NCBI GenBank assembly: GCA_026396015.1 | Contig: JAPLXP010000004.1 | Coordinates: forward strand, 1,546 to 65,545 | Direction: 5' to 3' | DNA length: 64,000 nucleotides | Source: Candidatus Nomurabacteria bacterium | GTDB lineage: Bacteria; Patescibacteriota; Minisyncoccia; Phycocordibacterales; UBA9973 | The notes under the pieces: generated by a model | Told to the model about the DNA's origin: nothing | Database searches by the model: none | The model's input: the letters and a program-made list of their open reading frames with translations, nothing else | Part shown: positions 1-8,013 of the stretch, in pieces | Numbering within the stretch: position 1 is the first letter of the stretch | Layout of the letters: each line of letters opens with the position of its first letter | Translations under genes and position numbers: made by a program

Positions 1-366
1 CTCAGAGCGTACTTGATCCACTGGTTTACCTTCTCTATCCGCAACTCTACCAGTACGAGAATCAAAATCACAATCCAATTTTATCTTGAATGAATCAGGG
101 ACAAAGTACCAAGCCAACCGACTCTCAAAAATAAAGTTGTCATGACTCTCTCCGTATCGTTTTGTATTGTCATCCAAGTCTCTGTCGTATTTATCAGTTG
201 TCTTTGATAATACTTCAAATTCATTCAGGGTCATACCTAGATTTTTTGCGACTTCTCGGAACATGTTGCCAGTAGAAATATACTCGTACCCAAGTTTTTC
301 AGTGAGCATTTTAGCTGTAGTACTCTTGCCAGTCCCCGCCAACCCAAAAATAGTTATCTTTGCCAT
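1..366 (-). CDS. cmk: cytidylate kinase-like P-loop kinase (archaeal/CPR-type), 3' end truncated by window edge
   Basis: Reverse-strand ATG at 366..364. Translation is MAKITIFGLAGTGKSTTAKMLTEKLGYEYISTGNMFREVAK... with a Walker A motif. The ORF runs off the window start. Confidence 0.6.
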   Translation of the reverse strand, partial: MAKITIFGLAGTGKSTTAKMLTEKLGYEYISTGNMFREVAKNLGMTLNEFEVLSKTTDKYDRDLDDNTKRYGESHDNFIFESRLAWYFVPDSFKIKLDCDFDSRTGRVADREGKPVDQVRSE

Positions 367-413
367 ATATAGACATACTACCAAAAAAGCCATATATTTG
401 CTATATTCTAAAA

Positions 414-1715
414 ATGAAGATTCTAGCAATAGAGACATCCTGTGATGATACAGGCATAGCGATACTAGACGCGAAAAAACGCGGAAAGAAAAGTCATTGC
501 CTACACATGATGGCAAATGTAATACAATCCCAACCCATTCATACGAACTATGGAGGTGTATTCCCTATGATGGCAAAGCGCGAGCACGGCAAAAATATCG
601 TGCCTGTTTTTGAAAAGGCATTAAGAGATGCAGAATTGTTTACTCCCTCGGCCTCCGGCCACTCCCCCTTTGCAGAGCGAGAAGGACTCAAACTCAAATC
701 AAAAATTCTAAAAATCCTAGAAAGAGAGAATAATTTAGGTGAAGTATTCCTAGAGCATATAGTAAAAATTAAAAAACCAAAGATTGACGCCATAGCTGTG
801 ACAGTGGGCCCAGGCCTCGAGCCAGCACTATGGGTAGGTATCAGCTTTGCTAAAGCCTTATCACTAGCATGGGATCTACCACTACTACCAGTGAACCATA
901 TGGAGGGGCACATACTATCCATATTGATGACAGACGAAGGGAAAATACCAGAGATACAATTCCCTGCTCTTTCATTACTCGTATCTGGTGGACACACAGA
1001 ACTAGTACTCATAAAGGATTTCGGCAAATACAAAATCATCGGCCAGACCAGAGACGATGCAGCCGGTGAAGCCTTTGATAAGGTGGCCCGAATGCTAGCC
1101 CTACCATACCCCGGTGGACCAGAGATTTCAAAACTAGCAAATGCGCAACGAAGGAATATTGTTACAGGAAGCCTTGCGCAGGCTGGCGAGACGAGCAGAG
1201 AAATTTTTCAGCAGAAAAATATTCGTGCTGACGGAAATAACATGCAGAGTGGAGAACTTAAAATTTCATTACCTCGCCCAATGATACACTCTGGGGATTT
1301 TGATTTTTCGTTCTCAGGCCTCAAGACAGCTGTCCTATATCTAATCCGTGATTTAGAAAAAGAACATTCTGATATTCTCAAGAATGTCAGAATGTCGCAA
1401 GCTATTGCCTGTGAAGTGGAGGATTCGATAGTGGAGGTACTGACACACAAAACCATCAAGGCAATAGAGAAACACAAAATACAGACACTAATAGTAGGTG
1501 GTGGAGTATCTGCGAATACACATTTACAAAAAACTCTCAGAGAAAAAGTGAAGAAGACAAATCCTGACACTACTGTATACTTCCCTACAAAAAAACTTTC
1601 CACTGACAACGGTCTGATGATCGCTATCGCCGGCTACTTTAATGCACTCAAAAAACCAATAAAAAAATCCCGTTCACTCTCATCTCTGAAAGCAAACGGG
1701 AATTTAGGGTTTTAA
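414..1715 (+). CDS. tsaD: tRNA N6-adenosine threonylcarbamoyltransferase TsaD/Kae1 family, with internal insertions
   Basis: MKILAIETSCDDTGIAILD... matches the Kae1/TsaD N-terminus, and the protein has a GVSAN..L C-terminal region. Start is the ATG at 414 inside the longer TTG-initiated ORF. At ~430 aa it is longer than the usual ~340 aa because of two inserted segments. Confidence 0.8.
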   Translation: MKILAIETSCDDTGIAILDAKKRGKKSHCLHMMANVIQSQPIHTNYGGVFPMMAKREHGKNIVPVFEKALRDAELFTPSASGHSPFAEREGLKLKSKILKILERENNLGEVFLEHIVKIKKPKIDAIAVTVGPGLEPALWVGISFAKALSLAWDLPLLPVNHMEGHILSILMTDEGKIPEIQFPALSLLVSGGHTELVLIKDFGKYKIIGQTRDDAAGEAFDKVARMLALPYPGGPEISKLANAQRRNIVTGSLAQAGETSREIFQQKNIRADGNNMQSGELKISLPRPMIHSGDFDFSFSGLKTAVLYLIRDLEKEHSDILKNVRMSQAIACEVEDSIVEVLTHKTIKAIEKHKIQTLIVGGGVSANTHLQKTLREKVKKTNPDTTVYFPTKKLSTDNGLMIAIAGYFNALKKPIKKSRSLSSLKANGNLGF

Positions 1716-2312
1716 TTAATCTGTTCTTATTTTATTCAACTTTTCCTCAATATTAAACAGATAATCCATAGATTTCTTGTTATTCTCCCTAACAAAATCA
1801 GGCTTATCCAACCTGAAAGACAATGCAATTCTTGACATTTTTTTTATTTCTTTAATAGGCATATTAGATTGGTAGCATCCGAAATGGAAAATACCATCGA
1901 ATGATTCATTCAAAATAGGCAATGAGTCCAAAAAATCCTCTACATCTAAAAAACCACAACTCTTAAGACTAAAAACATCAATACGATACATAATTATACC
2001 AAAACAACCATACATATCTTCTTTAATCATTTTAAAAAGATTATGTTTTTCATCTTTAGGGTTTTCGGGTACTTCAAAAGAAAAATTATATTCAAAAAAT
2101 TTAATAAATTTTTCAGGTATTTTACTTTTTATTTCATTCAATAACGGAACAAAAGCCTCCTCCTGTTTTCTCTTTTTTAGTTTTTCAACTCTTATTTGCA
2201 GCTCCCTTGCATATGAATTATATTCATAGCACATATTTAAAGCTCTACCCAAAGAATAAGCAGAATAGGCTGATGTTTTCGAAGTATTAACTTCATCTAT
2301 CTTGTCTTCCAT
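1716..2312 (-). CDS. hypothetical protein
   Basis: 198-aa ORF abutting the tsaD stop, with no recognisable motifs. Confidence 0.45.
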   Translation of the reverse strand: MEDKIDEVNTSKTSAYSAYSLGRALNMCYEYNSYARELQIRVEKLKKRKQEEAFVPLLNEIKSKIPEKFIKFFEYNFSFEVPENPKDEKHNLFKMIKEDMYGCFGIIMYRIDVFSLKSCGFLDVEDFLDSLPILNESFDGIFHFGCYQSNMPIKEIKKMSRIALSFRLDKPDFVRENNKKSMDYLFNIEEKLNKIRTD

Positions 2313-2416
2313 ATTAATTTAATATTAAATTTTCTTTCAGAATACCACTTTAAAATATTAAGTCAAAGTACTTTGAAATCATTGGAAATATGGCTTGAAA
2401 ATGCTATATTTTATAG

Positions 2417-4591
2417 ATGGAATACAAGGAACCAAATATTGATAAAAAACTATTACAACCATATAATCCTGCGGAAACAGAGGATCGTATTTACAAGCAA
2501 TGGGAAGAAAGCGGATTCTTCAATCCTGATGTATGTATTGAAAAGGGTGCGACATCTCCTGATGCAAAACATTTCTCTATTATTATGCCCCCACCAAATG
2601 CAAATGGGCGTCTTCATGCTGGCCATAGTCTCGTGATGACACTACAAGACATCATGACTCGCTACCACAGAATGAAAGGTGAAAAGACTCTCTGGGTACC
2701 TGGAGCAGATCATGCTGGATTTGAGACTCAAATAGTATACGAGAGAAAACTAGAAAAAGAAGGCCGTTCACGATTTGACATGAAGCCAGAGGATCTCTAC
2801 AAAGAAATTTATGACTTTACAATTGAAAGTAAAAAATTCATGGAAGCTGACGTGCGTCGCATTGGTGCCTCTTGCGATTGGTCACGTGAAAAATTCACGC
2901 TCGATCCTAGTGTTGTAAAAACGGTACAACAAACTTTTGACAAAATGTTCAAAGACGATTTGATCTACCGAGGTGATCGTATTGTAAACTGGTGCGCAAA
3001 GCATCAGACTTCCCTTTCTGACCTAGAAACAGAATTTAAAGAAAAAGCTGATAAATTTTATTATTTCAAATATGGACCTTTTACAATAGGTACAGCTCGC
3101 CCTGAGACAAAGTTTGGAGATAAATATGTCGTTATGCATCCAGATGATAAAAGGTACGCAGAATACGAGCACGGAGATAAATTCATAGCTGAGTGGATCA
3201 ATGGACCGATAGAGGCGACTATAATAAAGGACGATAGTATCGATATGGAATTCGGAACAGGTGTGATGACTATAACACCATGGCACTCAAATGTTGACTT
3301 TGATATCGCAGAAAAATACAAATTAGACAAGGAGCAGATTATAGACTGGAAAGGAAAACTCATGCCAATAGCTGGCGAGTTTGAAGGTCAGCATATATCC
3401 AAAGCACGCGCTCAAATAGTAGAGAAATTAAAAGAAAAAGGACTACTTGTAAAAGTTGATGATGAGTACAAACACAATGTAAAGGTATGCTACAAATGTG
3501 AGACAGTCATAGAACCACAAATAAAAGACCAGTGGTTCGTAAAAATGGCACCACTTGCAAAAAGAGCACTGGAGGTAGTAGAAGCTGGAAAAATAAAATT
3601 CTACCCAAGTAACTATGAAAAGATTTTCAAATACTGGATGGAAAATACAATAGACTGGAATATTTCAAGACAAATCATCTGGGGAATTCCAATTCCTGCA
3701 AAGATTTGTGAAAAGTGCAAGAAGGGTTATTCTGATCTTGAAGATGAACTTACTACTTGTGATTGTGGTGGTAATCTACAAAAAGATACAGATACTTTTG
3801 ATACATGGTTCTCATCAGGACAGTGGACACTGCTCGCACTAGGATACCCAGATTTGAAGGATGTAAATATTTATCACCCAACTAGTGTGATGGAGACTGG
3901 TGCTGATCTAATTTTCAAATGGATTCCTCGAATGGTTATTTTTGCGCTTTATCTAAAAGATGAAATTGCTTTTCAAGATGTATACCTAAACGGAATGGTA
4001 AATGATGAAAAGAATCAAAAAATGAGCAAATCAAAAGGCAACGTAATCAGTCCGGTTGATTTGATAGATATTTACGGAGCAGATGCCCTACGTATGGCAT
4101 TGATAGTTGGCAACACACCAGGGACTGACATCGCACTATCAAAAGATAAAATCAAAGCATATAAACACTTTGCAAATAAGCTCTGGAACATCGCACGCTT
4201 TACCCTATCAGCAACAGAAGGTATCGTATGTGATCCAACATTCAATGAATACACAGACAGTGAAAAATCTTTAATTGAGGAAAGAGATAATTTAATTTCT
4301 GAAATTACAAAGGAAATGGATGAATACAAATTCTATCTAGTCGGAGAAAAGCTCTACGCATACGCATGGACACGATTCGCTGATGTGATAATCGAAGAGA
4401 GTAAATCAATACTAAATGGCGAGGATGTGAATGCAAAAATGGCTCGTGCACAATTCCTACTGAATACTCTTGAAAAGATTACGACAGTACTACACCCATT
4501 CATGCCATTCGTCACAGAAGAATTATGGTCCATTATTCATAAAGACACAGGCCTACTAATGGTAGAAAAATGGCCAAAAATAAATAACTAA
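2417..4591 (+). CDS. valS: valyl-tRNA synthetase (short form lacking C-terminal coiled-coil)
   Basis: Class I HIGH motif (PPPNANGRLHAGHSL), WVPGADHAGFETQ, and KMSKSKGN. LeuS lies elsewhere in the window, so this is ValRS-like. It is 724 aa. Confidence 0.8.
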   Translation: MEYKEPNIDKKLLQPYNPAETEDRIYKQWEESGFFNPDVCIEKGATSPDAKHFSIIMPPPNANGRLHAGHSLVMTLQDIMTRYHRMKGEKTLWVPGADHAGFETQIVYERKLEKEGRSRFDMKPEDLYKEIYDFTIESKKFMEADVRRIGASCDWSREKFTLDPSVVKTVQQTFDKMFKDDLIYRGDRIVNWCAKHQTSLSDLETEFKEKADKFYYFKYGPFTIGTARPETKFGDKYVVMHPDDKRYAEYEHGDKFIAEWINGPIEATIIKDDSIDMEFGTGVMTITPWHSNVDFDIAEKYKLDKEQIIDWKGKLMPIAGEFEGQHISKARAQIVEKLKEKGLLVKVDDEYKHNVKVCYKCETVIEPQIKDQWFVKMAPLAKRALEVVEAGKIKFYPSNYEKIFKYWMENTIDWNISRQIIWGIPIPAKICEKCKKGYSDLEDELTTCDCGGNLQKDTDTFDTWFSSGQWTLLALGYPDLKDVNIYHPTSVMETGADLIFKWIPRMVIFALYLKDEIAFQDVYLNGMVNDEKNQKMSKSKGNVISPVDLIDIYGADALRMALIVGNTPGTDIALSKDKIKAYKHFANKLWNIARFTLSATEGIVCDPTFNEYTDSEKSLIEERDNLISEITKEMDEYKFYLVGEKLYAYAWTRFADVIIEESKSILNGEDVNAKMARAQFLLNTLEKITTVLHPFMPFVTEELWSIIHKDTGLLMVEKWPKINN

Positions 4592-5301
4592 TGAATAATA
4601 TATTTAATGATCCTAAAACATTAATATACGCGATACTCGGAGGATTACTACCAGCGATAGCATGGCTATGGTTCTGGCTAAAAGAAGAAGATGGTGATGA
4701 CAATGAGCCCACAGGATTAATCATTATGTCGTTTATACTCGGGGGAACAATGGTACTACTGGCTATATTCCTTGAAAAATATTCTTTGAATTTTATAACA
4801 GATAAGACATGGCAGATCATAGCATGGGCGGGAATCGAGGAAATACTAAAACTATTAGGAGTAGCTCTTATACTATTCGGTAGTGGCATGGCAGATAGGC
4901 CGATAGACTACCCTATGTACTTTATCGCTGTAGCACTCGGATTCGCTGCTCTTGAAAATATTTTCTTTTTGATCAACCCACTCCAAGTCAGTGGTGCAGT
5001 CGTAGGATTGATAACTGGTAATTTAAGATTCCTTGGATCCACACTCCTACACGCAATCGCTAGCAGTATGATTGGTAGTGCACTCGGCTTAGCATTCTAT
5101 TTGAGGAATTATCGTATGACTTATTTATTCATCGGAATAATTTGCGCAGTCACCTTGCACAGTATATTTAATTTCTTTATAATGGAAGGAAGCGGTGAAA
5201 ATTTCCTCTCTGTTTTTGGTTTCCTATGGGTCGTCGCGATTATAAATATTCTTATTTTTGAAAAACTAAGAAGAATGAGTCCGCAAACTGCGGCACACTA
5301 A
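4591..5301 (+). CDS. polytopic membrane protein, possible PrsW-like intramembrane protease
   Basis: Multiple transmembrane segments, with EEILK and FAALENIFF motifs reminiscent of the PrsW family. Its start overlaps the valS stop as TAATG. Confidence 0.4.
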   Translation: MNNIFNDPKTLIYAILGGLLPAIAWLWFWLKEEDGDDNEPTGLIIMSFILGGTMVLLAIFLEKYSLNFITDKTWQIIAWAGIEEILKLLGVALILFGSGMADRPIDYPMYFIAVALGFAALENIFFLINPLQVSGAVVGLITGNLRFLGSTLLHAIASSMIGSALGLAFYLRNYRMTYLFIGIICAVTLHSIFNFFIMEGSGENFLSVFGFLWVVAIINILIFEKLRRMSPQTAAH

Positions 5302-5308
5302 AAATATT

Positions 5309-5806
5309 ATGTTAAAAAAGAAATCATTTTTTGAAAAATTAACTGGAAGTATCAAATTCGACGAAGAAGATGATTTTTTGCAAGACGATGAAAAACACGC
5401 AAAAAAATCTACTCCTGAATTAAAGAAACACATACACGAAAAGGAAGAAGAAGCTGCAGTAGTTGAAGAAGAGGAAGAAGGACAGCTAACCATAGATGTA
5501 TATCAGACAAATGGTGAGATCGTAGTTCAGAGTATGATCGCAGGAGTCCTACCAGAGAATCTTTCAATCATGATCACTCGCGACATGATCACAATCAAAG
5601 GCAAGCGCGAAGAAAATAGAACAATCAAAGAGGGAGACTACTACGTGAGAGAACTCTATTGGGGAAGCTTTTCAAGAACTATCAACCTCCCTGAAGAAGT
5701 AGATCCTGAAGAAGCCGAAGCTATCGAAAAGCATGGCCTCCTCATCATCAAACTCCCAAAGATAAATAAGAACAAGCAAACAAATCTAAAGGTGAAATCT
5801 ATATAA
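5309..5806 (+). CDS. Hsp20/alpha-crystallin family small heat-shock protein
   Basis: Acidic N-terminus followed by an alpha-crystallin domain (LTIDVYQT..., GLLIIKLPK). Confidence 0.85.
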   Translation: MLKKKSFFEKLTGSIKFDEEDDFLQDDEKHAKKSTPELKKHIHEKEEEAAVVEEEEEGQLTIDVYQTNGEIVVQSMIAGVLPENLSIMITRDMITIKGKREENRTIKEGDYYVRELYWGSFSRTINLPEEVDPEEAEAIEKHGLLIIKLPKINKNKQTNLKVKSI

Positions 5807-5810
5807 ATAA

Positions 5811-5836
5811 AAGCCTGCAATTGCAGGCTTTTATTT
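5811..5836 (+). terminator. Rho-independent terminator
   Basis: Hairpin GCCTGCAATTGCAGGC followed by a T-run, directly after Hsp20. Confidence 0.7.
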
Positions 5837-5841
5837 ATATA

Positions 5842-5870
5842 TTGATAATTATCAAAAAATCTGATAATAT
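5842..5870 (+). promoter_or_regulatory. candidate sigma70-like promoter upstream of tRNA-Phe
   Basis: TTGATA, 17-nt spacer, TAATAT. Confidence 0.35.
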
Positions 5871-5954
5871 CAATACACAGATGAATAAGGTTTTAGATAT
5901 GCCTAGATAGCTGTTTTGGTGGATAACGCCAAATAGATTATTAAGGTTAAAATT

Positions 5955-6027
5955 GCCTAGATAGCTCAGTTGGTAGAGCGCTCCCCTGAAGAGGGATAGG
6001 TCCCCAGTTCAAATCTGGGTCTAGGCA
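5955..6027 (+). tRNA. tRNA-Phe (GAA)
   Basis: Manual cloverleaf: acceptor GCCTAGA/TCTAGGC, D-arm GCTC..GAGC, anticodon loop CTGAAGA, T-arm CCCAG TTCAAAT CTGGG. No CCA is encoded. Confidence 0.9.
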
Positions 6028-6097
6028 CAAAAGTATTACATAGCATCTATAAAGTTGGAATCATTTTAATCTGAGTCTAGGAACCAATAAACAGAAA

Positions 6098-6123
6098 TAA
6101 AACACCCATATGGGTGCTTTATT
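6098..6123. terminator. bidirectional terminator hairpin
   Basis: CACCCATATGGGTG palindrome with A/T runs on both sides. Confidence 0.55.
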
Positions 6124-6421
6124 TCTGTAATCCGTTTAGTATTCCTTGGACGCTTTTCAAGTCTGGTACAGCACCACTGTTGAGGCCTGCTTTTTGTTGT
6201 TGTAATAATTCTGATGAACTATTATACATATCAAAAACTCCTCCGATATATGGCTGTACAAAATAGTATGCACCATACGAAGCTCCAATAATCACGATCC
6301 AATACAAAATACGGTAGATCTGAGCCATGCGCTGTGCATTGCGGATCTTTTTGAGCATCTCATTGTTCTCTCGAGAAAGCTCAAGATTTGCTTCTAACAA
6401 TTGCTTTATATCTGGTTCCAT
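6119..6421 (-). CDS. hypothetical small membrane/coiled-coil protein
   Basis: 100-aa ORF with one predicted transmembrane segment. Confidence 0.4.
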   Translation of the reverse strand: MEPDIKQLLEANLELSRENNEMLKKIRNAQRMAQIYRILYWIVIIGASYGAYYFVQPYIGGVFDMYNSSSELLQQQKAGLNSGAVPDLKSVQGILNGLQK

Positions 6422-6460
6422 TATTTTTTAATTATACCAAATATAAAAATAAAAACGAGT

Positions 6461-6588
6461 GTGCCCTCAGCGGGAATATCGAAACTTACAGTTTCAGTAC
6501 ACCGTTTCCATTCGCGAGTACGCTCATATGGAAAAGGTCTTCGATTCCCGCACGCAATCAAAGCAGTTTGATTGCTTTCGGGCACAAA
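6461..6588 (-). other. tRNA-Arg 'echo' structured element (tRNA-like, non-canonical)
   Basis: Read in tRNA sense, it has a GCAATCAAA-CUGC-UUUGAUUGC hairpin. It also has GGGAATCGAA, which is antisense to the T-arm, and a TTTTCCAT...ATGGAAA hairpin. It ends with TTTCGATATTCCCGCTGAGGGCAC, a near-copy of the 3' end of the adjacent tRNA-Arg. Confidence 0.5.
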
Positions 6589-6622
6589 TTAAAAAATCCC
6601 CCTAAGGAGATTTTTTAATTTG

Positions 6623-6694
6623 TGCCCTCAGCGGGAATCGAACCTACATCTATCCCTTAGGACGGGACTGTTCTATCCATTGAACTATGAGGGC
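6623..6694 (-). tRNA. tRNA-Arg (CCU)
   Basis: Reverse complement is GCCCTCA..GTCCC GTCCTAA GGGAT..TTCGATT..TGAGGGCA. The acceptor has 7 bp and the anticodon is CCT. There is one A:C mismatch in the T-stem. Confidence 0.75.
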
Positions 6695-6746
6695 ATAAAA
6701 GCGCCTATATAGGCGCCTTTATAATACTATAGAAAGAATATTTTTA

Positions 6747-6986
6747 CTACTCTGCGATATTCAATAAGTCAGCAATCTTTGGCTTGTTGAAACCAACGAT
6801 TACATTATTATCAATAATTATTACAGGTACACCCATCTGACCAGTCTTGTCCACCATCTCCTTTCTCTTGCCTAGATCCATAGATACATCAAAATCTTCA
6901 AATGCTACATTATTCTCCTTGAAATAATCTTTTGCCATGTGGCAAAAATGACATGTTGGTGTGCTATATACTGTGACTTTACTCAT
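6747..6986 (-). CDS. glutaredoxin/NrdH-like redoxin
   Basis: 79-aa protein with a CHFC active-site motif near the N-terminus. Confidence 0.8.
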   Translation of the reverse strand: MSKVTVYSTPTCHFCHMAKDYFKENNVAFEDFDVSMDLGKRKEMVDKTGQMGVPVIIIDNNVIVGFNKPKIADLLNIAE

Positions 6987-7095
6987 AAATATTTTCTTGG
7001 CCGACCTATTAGGGTTTAGGCATAATTATTAATAATAAGTTTGGAAATTTATTATATCATAAAAAATTTTCATGCAACACTTGACACAAGAGCAT

Positions 7096-7479
7096 CTAAA
7101 TCAGACCATCAAATCCCCCCTTGTACTGCACGGCCTGCACATCAGCATTATCTATCCACACATAATTCCCTCCTCTTGGTTTTCCAAATACAATCCCGTG
7201 ATATTTGAATCCGTGATTATTCAGCCATGATTCAGTCGCGTCTCTATGATCTTCTTTTCGTGAAGTAAAGAATGTAATAATATGACCATTTAAATGTAGA
7301 TTATTTACAAATTCTAATGCACCTGGTAGCTCGTATGCTGTTGCAAATCTTTCAGGCTCTTCATTAGGAATGTCTTCACACACAGTACCATCGATATCTA
7401 TCAGATAATTTTTCATCCCTACTGGCAATACAGGACTACCTTTCTTTCCATCTTCATTTTTTACTTCTTGTAGATTCAT
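7096..7479 (-). CDS. HAD-superfamily hydrolase, 5'(3')-deoxyribonucleotidase-like
   Basis: DIDGTV motif I. The start may be the internal MKNY. Confidence 0.55.
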   Translation of the reverse strand: MNLQEVKNEDGKKGSPVLPVGMKNYLIDIDGTVCEDIPNEEPERFATAYELPGALEFVNNLHLNGHIITFFTSRKEDHRDATESWLNNHGFKYHGIVFGKPRGGNYVWIDNADVQAVQYKGGFDGLI

Positions 7480-7486
7480 ATTAAAA

Positions 7487-7870
7487 TTAACTTTTATTAA
7501 AAATATTTTTAAACCAATTCACAAAACCATGCTCTTTCAGTGATTCTGATGGGGCAGTATTTGTATCATTAGGATCGACAATGATTAGCATCTTCTCCCC
7601 TGGCTTTACTACTTGGTATTTTTCTCTAATCACATCTTCTGTGCCCTTTTCTGTTTTTAATTTTTCTATAGATGAGTTTAGAGACTTTTCTCGGTCCTCT
7701 AATCTACCCACTTTATCCAATACTAAAGATTTTGTATTAGCAGTCTCTCTTTCTTTTTTGAATAATCCAACCATATTGAAAGAAAAAATCACCAATATCA
7801 AAAATAGCACGATTAGTGATAACGGTGAGTGCCAAAATGTATTTGTACTTTTTCTCTTGAATTCTGCCAT
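7487..7870 (-). CDS. septum formation initiator FtsB/DivIC-like protein
   Basis: N-terminal transmembrane segment, a coiled coil, and a conserved VIREKYQVVKPGE-type tail. Confidence 0.5.
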   Translation of the reverse strand: MAEFKRKSTNTFWHSPLSLIVLFLILVIFSFNMVGLFKKERETANTKSLVLDKVGRLEDREKSLNSSIEKLKTEKGTEDVIREKYQVVKPGEKMLIIVDPNDTNTAPSESLKEHGFVNWFKNIFNKS

Positions 7871-8013
7871 ATTTCTGCTATGATTATAGCATGATTTTCA
7901 GCGCGAAAGGCCAAAAGAGAATGCGTACAGCTTTTTCAGTAGTAGCAATACTAGTGATCATAAGCATGATACTGCTTTATATCCCAACACTTAAATAATA
8001 GGAATACAGGGGA

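Noticed and set aside
167-445. 92-aa plus-strand ORF at the window start
   Set aside because: Antisense to the cytidylate-kinase-like gene (1..366), which has a clear Walker A.
548-1609. Antisense ORFs inside tsaD (548..1039 -, 1208..1609 -), and similar antisense ORFs inside valS, lepA, murJ, leuS, uvrA and others
   Set aside because: They are fully embedded in, and antisense to, well-supported conserved genes. They have low-complexity composition and no independent signals.
4533-4889. 118-aa minus-strand ORF
   Set aside because: It overlaps the valS 3' end and the PrsW-like gene in antisense.
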